From Dimorphilus gyrociliatus (lineage: Eukaryota; Animalia; Annelida): DNA of 64,000 bases. Within the stretch, counting starts at the first letter, position 1, and each line of letters starts with the position of its first letter. Made by a program: the position numbers and the translations under genes. The stretch lies in the NCBI GenBank assembly GCA_904063045.1, contig CAJFCJ010000006.1, positions 4,852,408 through 4,916,407 on the forward strand, given 5' to 3'. Below the pieces are notes generated by a model. The model saw only the letters and a program-made list of their open reading frames with translations, did no database searches and was not told the DNA's origin. Positions 25,375 to 36,350 of the stretch are shown piece after piece.

Positions 25375-28149
25375 TTATTTAATGTCATTGTTAACTGGTA
25401 AAGATATACGCAAATTTTTTAATAGGACCGTTACACCTATCATTAACAGGACCAATGTAAACGATATTAGCCAACTAGAATTACCAGATTTTATTAATGT
25501 ACCGCAAAATTTTCCATGAACGTATTTTCTCCATAAATTCCAGATTGGTTTACATTTACCAAAATGATTTATGACGGCGTCAACTTGTACTTTATATAAT
25601 TGATCGGCGACGTTCATAATCGACTTTTCAACATGTTTTGTAGCGTTCATAATGATTTTGTCCATAGCTGTTTAATGAATTTTAATGAATAGAAATTTTT
25701 ATCAAGTTTCATTATAACCTTTAAGAAATTGAGAAGAAAACTTTGTTAAAATATATTCAATTTGACCAATTTCCTTTTTCAATTGAATAATTAGGAACCG
25801 TAAACGATTTGATTTGGTGAGGATGTGAGAATTTTTCTTCAATATCTTATCAATGTATTGGGCACTTTCGCTTAACTTTTTCATCATTTTGCTCCTCTCT
25901 TCCTCTTCAAAAGATGAATGAGATATTGCCGCTTGAGTAAGATCAGAGATTTTTTGCGTTTCGTAAACTCTTCTTTTCCACAAAGTAATCTCCATCATAA
26001 GATTATCGTTTAATTTCTTAATTTCATCACCTAATATGAGTTCATCGGATAGCAGTCGACCGAGTAATGAAACTGGGAAACAACGGAAAATTTACTAAAT
26101 TACTGTATTTATTTATGTTGTATACCATTTTCTTGAATGGATTTTGTAAGTAATAGACGATCTGGCAGGGAGTTTAATGCTTCAATTTCCGACAGTTTAA
26201 AATCAGATTTGTACAATTGATCAGTTTGTATTCGTATTGCTCTTGTTAATGGTTTGTCTTTAGAGCATTCGGACAAGAAGTCGGCAGCGGAAGTCTTTTC
26301 TTCATAATGATTGGTTAGTAAAGCATGAAATTGTCCTATAGCAGTGTCAAGTTCTTTAAGTTTTGTTTTTAAGAGAATAGCTTGAAAATTTTAATTAAAA
26401 GTCTTTTATCTTAAAAAACCTGACACTGGCCCAAATCCATTAAAACTTTACATAATCCCGTTGTTTCAATTCCGAATGATAATAAGTTAATTACTGAAAT
26501 AGCTGCCAATAAAAATGTAACAGTACAAGAAACTAGAAATGATAATGTAATGAGTGTCCTTATTGCCGCCCTTTTCAAATATAGAAGGAAAGTGATAGCT
26601 AGTAAGATGATAATGAAAAGGACAACGGCTGAGAGTACATGAGAAAAACAAGCAGTATTATGTAATCCCTTGAGACAGAATCTTAATCCGGGATCATTGA
26701 GTTTTTCAGGAACAAGACGTATCAATTTACTAGCAATCATTCTCAAGAGATTATCTAGGGGTTCCTTAAACATCTAGAAAGAAAAAGGGATAGGAAAGTG
26801 TTAAAATGCAATAGAAATTTTACACTTCTACTTCATTTCTAATGTTCGTACCTTATTCTTATATTCTTCCCATTGCCCTGAAGAAATTATAGAGGGAATC
26901 TCTGTTGAATTTATAAACAAACCAACAGAGTTGGAGAAATCTATAATAGAATTTTCATATTCAATCATAGCTTTATCGGTAGCATTGGTAATTGATTGAA
27001 GCCTATTATGGCCCCTTTCCAAAATGGCTTCAACAAGAGTAGGAGAATTCATTGTTAGACTGCACATACCCTTTGGTTGACTCTGATCACAATTTATATT
27101 ATTTCTTAATACATTGTTCACATATCGAAAATTGGTGTCAGTTTTTTCAGCATATATCATCATTTTCTTTGAAGTTTTGGTAACCATTTCCGTTAATCGC
27201 CAGACATCATTTCTTAGTTGTTTAAAGTTGCTAAATAAATGATTTATCGATGTTATTTCCCCCATAAAATCTATAAATATATCATGTCAAAAAGATTAGG
27301 TAGAGTAGAAGGGAAATTGTATTTTTTACTATGTACTTTTGAACACATACCTCCTAGGGAAGCTTCTATCGATAAAGTAACAATTAGCCCTATACTTTCA
27401 ATACGTTTATTAGCTGCTCTTGTTGCAAATTTTCTATACGTTTCTAATGTTTTAGACGTATATCTTAATCTAGCATTGATAAAGTTTGTCATTGAATCAA
27501 GTGCAAATGGTATATTATTTATCATTTCTAGACTATTCCTTCTAATACTTTCATTTTCAATCATTAATTCAATATTTAAACCAGAAACAATTAACAAAAT
27601 GATACCTAAACAAATCCAGATAAAAATCATAAAATTTTCAGTATCATCTTTATTCGTCAAATGATATTTTAATAAGTAAAATCTATATAAGAATAGCGAA
27701 AAATTATAATTAGACCATGCTATTAAATTATTCAATGTAATCAACCTTGAACACAAAACTATTAATGATATAATAAGAACGATTGAAAATAGTGATATAA
27801 ATATTATCCCTGCTAAATTTAAATGAGCTATTGATAGCCAATCTTTATTCTTTATTATTCTATTCCAATCCCACTGATCAGGATTTGTAGATAATAAACT
27901 TGACAATTTAACAGCTATTGACTTCATAAATAATTTCCCTTTTAAACTCCAAAATTCAGGTGAAATATTTAAAGATATTCTATTGTCTTGTTGAATCTTT
28001 GAAGGTTCACTCCAACTTATTGATCCATTTTTATATTGTTCATTTCCCAATTCATCACGTGATAAAGTTAAATCAGGATATTGTAAAAAGACTGCCTTTA
28101 TTTTAAAATTCATCATATAGACAATAGCTAATGATATAGGAAATAGCAT
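25375..28149 (-). CDS. Highly divergent prominin-like pentaspan membrane glycoprotein
   Basis: Signal peptide, five hydrophobic segments with two large loops. LLSFGIETTGLCKVL after TM4 and CKPIWNLW...FCG...NSSWL before TM5 echo prominin motifs. Spliced frames join (e.g. intron 27271-27336). Confidence 0.65.
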
Positions 28150-30319
28150 AATAGAATATTATAGGCTAATCTTGTTTCTAAACGATAACACATATGTAAT
28201 TTTTAATTATATTAATTACGTAATAGAAATATTATGACGTCATTCAATCCATATATAGTTAAAAAATTCAATTATCTTTAATTTTGACAACATTCTCTCT
28301 TCATTTCTTAATAACAAAGAAGATTTCCTCTTCGTCTCTCCGTCCCTATTTTATCTTTTGTCTTTACCCTCCCCTATCTTGTCATAAACATAAAGTCCGC
28401 AAGATGGAAGCAAAGGGCGTGTACTGTATGATATACGAAATAAAAAATACACTTATGAAGTACTTTCAAGCTTTTAATACATTCAATTGAATAATGATAA
28501 AGGCATTTAACGGGAGCAAATACGTAAGCGATAATATATATATATATATTCTAAACACGCCTTTCTTCTCTTTTCAAAAAAATGAGAGTTTTAAAGAAAA
28601 AAAGAACGTTTTGTTTTCTTCTTCAACAGTAAAAACTCTAACAGCTGCTCTATGAACAATTACATCTTTTTAACATTCTTTCTATTTTACCAATATATAT
28701 ATATGTAATAGATAAAAAACCAAATTATGCAATAAAGATAGGATAATGAACTTATTTCTTTATTATACCTTACTAAAATCTTAAGACGTAGTAGGTTGTT
28801 TTTATTGGTTATTGGCCCAGTTTTATACGTTATATACAAGCATGTCTAATTTGATTATTCTTATTTAATGATGCTTTATATACATTTCTCCTTTAATGAA
28901 TTTAATTAAATTCCTTTTTATGAGAGATTCATTAGCCTAGCTATCAGACAATTCTTTATAAGCATTGAAAGGAAAATTACTCTGAACAGAGCGTTGAATT
29001 CCTCTAGGAAGAGTTCTTCTACTAATTTTTCATTCCCTTTCTTCTTATGTAAACTTTATTCAGTGGTAACTTGAATATTTGGTTGTCTTTTTGAAAAGTA
29101 TGAAACGTAATATCTAGCTAACGTTTACCATCTCCTGAAAGAGTAAAAAAAATTAAGAAATCTGGACGTGTCGTTTTCACTAAGGACAATGAAGAACGTA
29201 AGAGAGAAACTCTAAACTTTAAAATACGAAGTCTGTAAAAAAGCAAAAAATGCGAACCGGAAGATATTAAAGCATTCAATTGTCAGAGAAAAGAAAGAGG
29301 AGAAATTATTGAATCTGCAGGGAGGAGAATTCTGAAAGAGGGATATAGGAAGTGTTTATTCATATAAGAAAATTGAAGTATTCAGGAAAGAAATATTTGT
29401 AAGATGGAAATCAGTATACAAAGAGTAGAATATAATTATGTCGTATATTGGATGTTCAACTATAAACGTCTACGTAATAAATTCAAGTGTGACGTCAATG
29501 CTTTAGAATTTACGTTGTCAGTTTTGTTATAAATATAAAATACGTGGGAAAAGGTATTAAATCAATTGAATTTGATGAAGGTGGAGGATCTAAACAAAAA
29601 TGAAATTAACAATCCTATCAAAGTCAATTCTATTAAAAAACTAGAGTTCATTTGCAAGGAAAAAAACGCCCAAATGTTAATATCTATTTATACAACAATG
29701 TTATCTATCTACTTTCGTTGCATAAACATTACACAATATATAGACAAATAATATGTAGATTAGGATTATAATTCAATAAAAGATGACCTACTTTATCTTG
29801 CAGAAAGATGATACATATGGAAGAATCCTTAGCCTATTATTTCTAATATTCTTGTTTATGTAATTGTTAAATATCTCTGAGTAATATTACATAAATAAGT
29901 CAATTAGATAACTTATAGTAAACAACTGTTCTTTTTTTATTTATAGAATACACCCACCACTCGAAAGAGTAAATTGCATTATGTTAATGAGTTGTAATTC
30001 ACAAAATATAGAAACGTCATCTATTTTGTTTGGCATGTCAGTAAGGATTTAAGATTAAATTGATAACCTACTTTTCTTCACTTTTTAGCAATAAAATGTA
30101 TAAATGAAATTGCTATAATATAAAACAAGAAAAAAAAAGTAAAACAAGATAACCAGGACACAATTTAGCCTATAAAGAGCTTATTTATAGTTTACAAAGT
30201 TGTAATTGAATAATCTGTTAAGGGATTTTGAATGTTAGAGAGAGAGAAAAAAGGAAGAAATAGGGAACAGAGATAACAGATAGTGCAATAAGGATTATAA
30301 AACCGTAAAATATAAATTA

Positions 30320-31636
30320 ATGGCCGCACCTATTCAAATATATAAAAAAACAATATGCTGTTCAATTTGCGGTTTCCAGAAGAAGAAAATTTCGAAAGGT
30401 CAGGAATTTTGTGAAAATTGTCAGCCGGATCGTTGCGAACAATTGATGTTGATTAAAGATTATTCATTATGGCTACAGGAGAATTTAATGAATGAAATGA
30501 ATGAAAATCGTAAGAAATTGAGACGGAACAGAGAGAGGTTATTTACAGACGATGAAATTGACTTTATTCTTGAATATATAGATAAAGAAGAAAAATCAAC
30601 GTTTGAGTTTATTCTTGAGAATGAAAAGGCTCGCTTTAAAAGAGATTTTAACAGGCAAATAAAAGAATTACAATGTAAAGTTGAGAGCTTCTTCCTAGAG
30701 AAACGAGCAACTTTAAAAATATTCCAAGACGATGAACAAACAGAGAATGCAAATTATAAAAAAGACATTTCATTATTAAATAATTCCAAATGGATTATAG
30801 AGAAAAAACTAAGTATAATCTTACGTCATATTACATATCAACCTCGTCAGTATGCTCTGGGTAATTTGAGTATTACTGGAAAATCTGTTCAATTTGTAGG
30901 GTTACAACAAAAGGATATGAAGAATTGCAAAGCTGTAAGGGGTCTTTGCGTATTTAATGAAAAAATATTTATGATAAAATGGTCAAACTTTAATCCAACT
31001 GTTTCTATTGTTAGCGTTTACGATCTGAAAGGAAATTTTATACAAAATTTAAGCAAAACTTCTAATGAATTTACTGCAATAGACGTTACAAACGATGGTA
31101 AATTTTATATTGCAGATATGACAAACAATTGTGTACTAGAATCAGTTGACTGCACTGATTTTAAACCACTTTTTAACATTGACCACCCTCAAGGCATCTC
31201 AATTGGTTCAGATGGTATATTTATAGCTTGCGACGATCCACAAACTTCCAGAAAGCATTTAATTAACATGTACAAATTCAGTTTCGACGGTCAACTATTG
31301 TATCATTTTGAAGATAGCTATAAGTCGCTATTCAAGGTATGTGTGTCTGGTAACAATATCATCTCAACTCATGATATTGACAATGAGATAACAATATTAG
31401 ATACAGTAACTGGTAGAAAGATAAATTTATTACTGGACAAAGGCTATACTCCTATAGGAGTTTGTTCACTTCCCAACGAATCATTCGCAATTGCCAACTA
31501 TAACAAGAAAAGTCTTTCAATTTATGATAAATCTACTTCAGAAGTATGTCAAATATCTCTAAATGAAAAACCTGTTCACTTGGCTTTCTACGAAAATGTT
31601 AACCACTATTTTTTAATATGTCATCTTTTGGAATAA
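30320..31636 (+). CDS. Single-exon TRIM-NHL-like protein: Cys-rich N-terminus, coiled coil, NHL/beta-propeller repeats
   Basis: 438-aa ORF; CxxC...CxxC N-terminus; E/K-rich helical middle; AIDVTNDGKFYIAD, HPQGISIGSDG and PIGVCSLPNE repeats. Confidence 0.7.
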   Translation: MAAPIQIYKKTICCSICGFQKKKISKGQEFCENCQPDRCEQLMLIKDYSLWLQENLMNEMNENRKKLRRNRERLFTDDEIDFILEYIDKEEKSTFEFILENEKARFKRDFNRQIKELQCKVESFFLEKRATLKIFQDDEQTENANYKKDISLLNNSKWIIEKKLSIILRHITYQPRQYALGNLSITGKSVQFVGLQQKDMKNCKAVRGLCVFNEKIFMIKWSNFNPTVSIVSVYDLKGNFIQNLSKTSNEFTAIDVTNDGKFYIADMTNNCVLESVDCTDFKPLFNIDHPQGISIGSDGIFIACDDPQTSRKHLINMYKFSFDGQLLYHFEDSYKSLFKVCVSGNNIISTHDIDNEITILDTVTGRKINLLLDKGYTPIGVCSLPNESFAIANYNKKSLSIYDKSTSEVCQISLNEKPVHLAFYENVNHYFLICHLLE

Positions 31637-32852
31637 CTTTCAATTCTATCTTACTCTCTTCCTCCTCCTCCTCCTCCTCATCAACCTCTTTTTCATTTAT
31701 CTTTATCTTCTTCATCTTTATGCGTTAACACTAAGAACAAATTCATTAAACAAGTAAACTTTTTATTCGTTCAAAGAAGTCAAAAAGAACATATAGCTAT
31801 TGTGTTTAAATATATCGATATTCTGAAAGGTGAATTCTATTTGAACATAGATTTTACTTGAATCATTATTTACATAGGCCTAATTGTTAATAGAAGCATA
31901 CGTATGAATATTTCGAATATTTTTATGTTCTACTTTCTTCTTTCATGTTCATTTTTTTCATTTTATTGAAACTGTGATGGAAAGTTCTTTTGTGTAAAAC
32001 ATAATCATCTTGTACAAAAAACATTGTGATGTTATCTTATCAATTATTAATATTATATTTATGTTTTTAATGGAATTTTACAGATTTTCTCTCTATCGTA
32101 AATTTGGTATATTTGTTCTAAACTTATAAATTAGTTTAGTGTATACGATATGTTAGATTTTTTTTATTTTCTTTCTCAAAGAATACTTCAGAATAAAAAA
32201 TTAAATCTGGATTCCAGTTCACCTATTAAAAAGTCTATATGTTAATTGCGTTGGAGCAAAACCCAGCTATTCGCTAACTCTCTTTAAGTTTAAACCTTTC
32301 GTTATATACTTTTCTAAATTTACTTTATGGTTATTTGTCGCAAAAATTCAAATTTTCAATAAAACCAGCGCACTTAAGAAAAGTTAGTGCAAGGTTATAA
32401 AGCCTATTGAATAGTTCATTCGGTAGTTAACAATAAAAACTGTTTCTAACGGGTTCTTTAATTTTGCTGAAAAACTTTTAAAAACATATCAATTTTGTGT
32501 GAGTTGATGAATGAATTCTAATTTCAACCATTTTGTAGTAATATCCCACTTTGATTGGTAAAATTGATTTAATATTTTAAGGATTTTCGATTGAATTGTA
32601 TTCAAGCAAGTATGAAACTACTGGGGAAATTGATTTTGTCATTGAAGTTAGAGTTTGTTCGCCAAAAACAGCATTAAAAACATTCTTTTAGTATTATTTG
32701 CATGTTGCTTTATTGAATTTTATCAAATTTGTCTAAAAAATTTCAACCAAAAGAGAGTTCTCTTAACTATCGAGTGTAATATGCAAATGAGATACATATT
32801 CGAAATATCTATATGCGTGTTATTTATTAATTCTTGCGAATTTTAATTCTTT

Positions 32853-32993
32853 AGTCAGTAGAGTAAGTCACTGGCCTGTTACCCCCAAAGCAGGGGATAA
32901 CAGATATGATGACAAATAGGTGATGATTCTTGACATGAATTACACCTGACGATCGTTGGGACCGTGTTGAGTTCTTTCGATCAATGTCTGATA
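32853..32993 (+). ncRNA. Box C/D snoRNA candidate with U8 (SNORD118)-like four-stem architecture
   Basis: SL1 GTCAGT/ACTGGC; SL2 CTGTTA-CCCC/GGGG-TAACAG; box C ATGATGA 32906-32912; SL3 AGGTG-TGATTC/GAATTA-CACCT; SL4 GATCG-GGGAC/GTTCT-CGATC; box D CTGA 32988-32991. Intergenic, ~140 nt. Confidence 0.7.
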
Positions 32994-33147
32994 ACTTCTC
33001 TAAAACTATCCTGATAAATGCATTATAAAAAATTATATATAAAAACGGTTTGAAATAATCAAACCTTTTATTTGTTTGAACTCACCAAATTAAACAACAA
33101 AACGTCAGTCTAAATTTTATTATAAATCCCTGGTCGTGACAAAAACA

Positions 33148-34059
33148 TTATACTGTCTCTAAAGAGTGCTCATCAGCAGTAGAGGATTTCTCATCGGTCA
33201 AGTGACTAATTTGAACCGGCTTACGAATTGATTTCCCCTTTAGATAGATAAATGTATTCTCTCTTTTCCAAGCATAGTATATAGTCATATGATATCGGCA
33301 AGTAATCTACAGAAGCAATTACTCTCGTCGAAACATTCTTTTAAACTTACGAAGACTTACCGTAAACCAAATAAAAAAAACAACTAGAAGACAAACTGAG
33401 AGAAGGATTAATGCGATATGTAATCCTTTTTTGTTCTCTTTACCAAAATGTAAAGCACCAACAAAACAAAACCAAACGCTAGCAATTGTGAATGGTAGAA
33501 GAACAGAGAAACAGATCAAATCAAAAAGAATGTCCACTCTATCACCAGGCTCACTTGGTCTTCTAAACCACTAACAATTTAAAGAATACGTTAGTAACTA
33601 AAAATAACTATTCCATAAAACCTATATATGTATTAATACATATATATATATATATACTTCAATGCAAGATCGTGCTCCTTTATTTAATTCAAATTCTGTC
33701 TGACAAACTTCACAACGAGCCATATTAGCTGAATTTATCCACATCTCTAGGCAATTTCTATGAACAATTGCCATAGAACCTGAACATTTACAGGGTGATA
33801 TAAGATCATTTATGTTATTGGGTTCATGGCAAATTCGGCAAGTTTCAATACTCCTTTCAGATGACAATCTATTAGATAAAACACGAAAATATCAGTACCT
33901 TTATATGATAGATTATAATTAGATTTACGAGTGAATATCTTCTAATATATTAGGATTCGATATCGTCCTTAATTCTTCATAAACTGGATCACTTAAAGAT
34001 TCTACAGAAGCTAAAGGTGCACATAAAAAGTTTGATTTTTGAGCATAAGCATACGCCAT
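33148..34059 (-). CDS. Membrane-associated RING-CH E3 ligase, MARCHF2/3-like
   Basis: CRICHE...LISPCKCSGSMAIVHRNCLEMWI...CEVC, two TM helices, and a spliced last exon (CRYH...WKREN) ending in the PDZ-binding motif ETV*. Confidence 0.88.
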
Positions 34060-34311
34060 TTTGTTCAATTATTACTATATTTTTGTTCTCTTTAAACAAA
34101 AATTTTGTATTAAAAACACTCTTTAAAGAATATTAAAATAGAATGTAAATTTTGTATATTCCAATATGTAACCAAATGCACAACGACATCGAATAATAAC
34201 AAACATAAACGACGTAACGCGTTAACTCCTATCGTAACGGAATACGGCTAACTTTAATTTTTTTAGTCTGTGACAAGTAATAAGTAATTTTATTCTATTC
34301 AATGAATAAAA

Positions 34312-34591
34312 TTAGTTTCTATCTTCCGTTTGTTGGGGAAAAGAAAGTTTGTCCATTAAATCGTCGACTCTGTCTTGCAACACTGAGAGGATTTCTGTTG
34401 TTATGAAAAGATGCGTATCATCGAGATTTTGCAAAACGAATCTACAGCCTAAAGCTTCGGTTTCATCCAAATTTAATAGAAAAACTTTCATAGCCGGATC
34501 GCTGAAGGAGCAAAGTTGGTTTATTATCGCTCAGTATAAGACGAAAACGTTCTTACCATTCAACAAGCACGCCTTTGTTGACATTCACCAT
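34312..34591 (-). CDS. GTF2H5: TFIIH subunit p8/TTDA (74 aa), two exons 34557-34591 and 34312-34501
   Basis: Spliced translation [74 protein letters not shown] closely matches TTDA; 55-nt GT-AG intron. Not in the ORF track. Confidence 0.95.
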
Positions 34592-34839
34592 TGTTTGTGG
34601 ATTTATTCAGGAATCTATTTTTGGAATACAGGGAAATAGACCTTCCTCTTTTACCAATGCTGATAATTTAATGAAAACATTGAGCACTCTAAAGTCTCTA
34701 GCGCTACCAGCTTTCATAAGATACTAAGACTCGCACCGAATTATGTACTTTTTTGAGTACTTTGAAAATTTCAGATAAGACAATAAAAAAGGTCAAGCTA
34801 CTTTTAAAATGTATTATTTATGATCAGTTGAATATAAGA

Positions 34840-35562
34840 CTAATCTTTCAAGCCATTATATTATCATAAGCCATTTTGATGCAACAACCCATTAGAGAAA
34901 TGGCTCCAATGTAACCAAAACTTCCCCAATATCTTCCCTCAGGCTCTATAAAAGAAATTAACAAATTTAATCAAATTACATTTTGAATACTTTATAACAG
35001 AGAAACAAAGAAAAGATTTGCTTACTTCCAGTAGAATAGCCTCTAGCATATGCAATTTTTCCCAAAATATAAATGCCACCAGCTCCTGCGGCAAAGCGCT
35101 AAGAAAAATATGAAAATTAAGTTAATTAATAAAAGTATTATGAAGTTTATTTGCTTACTGGATATTCAATACCAGCGATTAGTAGCAAAGTCAAGAATGA
35201 TGGATTATTTTCCAACCTGATGAAAGGGCAAAAATAAAGTGAAAAGCTAAAATTTGCAATAGCTGAAAGTATTCTTTTTTAAGACATTACGTATTCTGAT
35301 GAGCTCTCTGAATACAATTGAATATGTTATCACCGCCATTTTCGCAGCTATACATAATTGGGTACTGAAAATAAAGTGTTCATAGTTGATATTAGTTTTT
35401 CCTAATATAAATAATATTTCACTTAAAAGTGAAAAATTTACTGACTTTAACGCCATATTGCTTTCTTGCTTTGCCAACTTTTATTCCAAGCCAAGTATTG
35501 ACCAATTGGGACCCAACAGCAGTTAGAATAACGTAACCATAATCTTTAGGTAGTCTGTCCAT
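34840..35562 (-). CDS. MGST3: Microsomal glutathione S-transferase 3 (MAPEG)
   Basis: Spliced: LPKDYGYVIL...VGKARKQYGVK|YPIMYS...FNCIQRAHQNT|LENNPSF...|...YARGYSTG|EPEGRYWGSFG. Not in the ORF track in the correct frame. Confidence 0.92.
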
Positions 35563-36286
35563 GTTGATACACCTTTATAGAAGGTTATAAAAATTATATT
35601 ATATATTTCTTTATCATACTTTGAATGCAAATGAAGAGTGAAAGTACAATTTATGACATAGAAACATAAATATCATTGAAACTTTCGAAAAACAATAAAA
35701 GTACCTTGTTAATCAGGAATTTCTATCGTTGCCGGTAAACAAGAACGCTAAATGACCTTGTTGAGAAGACCTACAGAATGTTTTACATATCCACTTGACT
35801 TGGCGCCATAATTCAAAACAAATTACTTTATTGTTTTCTCGTCTATTGTTTTTTTCTTTGCACACTTTAATCATAATTTCACTCATTTTAATGAAAAGGA
35901 GGGAAAAAGCTCAACTTTTAACTCTTAAACATACTTATATTCTTATTTTGCCTTGCAGAATTCGTTTTGCTTACTATGCAAAAATGAAAATATTCTCATA
36001 TTTTCTTCATAAAATATGCCTCTCTTTCCCATTAAATCTCATTTCTTAATGCATAAATCTTTCAAATATATGTATAAATTATAATGTTTGCACTCAGGTT
36101 GGCAAAAAATCCCTTATTAAGCATTTAGAAAATAGTTAACCTTTTGATGAACCAGGTGTATGCGCCATAGAAAATGCTCTGATGATTCATATCCACAAGA
36201 TCAAGCTTTTGAACAGGGCTTGATAAATCTTTGAATCTCTGCAACATGTGTCGATGAATAACAAGTTTCTATCACGACACTAGGGG

Positions 36287-36315
36287 TATATAATGAGTGT
36301 AGAAAGTTCGTCAGT
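36287..36315 (+). promoter_or_regulatory. TATA box plus TCAGT initiator of the secreted repeat-protein gene
   Basis: TATATAA at 36287-36293, TCAGT at 36311-36315, ATG at 36351. Confidence 0.6.
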
Positions 36316-36350
36316 ATCAATCTTCGGTTTGAAGAGAGAAAGAGAACAAG

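Noticed and set aside
29130-29400. Purine-rich stretch with coding-like Lys/Glu/Arg frames in the prominin-NHL spacer
   Set aside because: All frames are interrupted within ~40 codons with no consistent start or splice pattern; may be decayed sequence.
34349-34639. 96-aa plus-strand ORF in the track
   Set aside because: Non-ATG start and antisense to the clearly conserved GTF2H5.
36090-36250. Short minus-strand ORF MLQRFKDLSSPVQKLDL... divergent from the secreted gene
   Set aside because: About 40 codons, no recognisable homology, lies in promoter DNA; cannot be supported without expression data.
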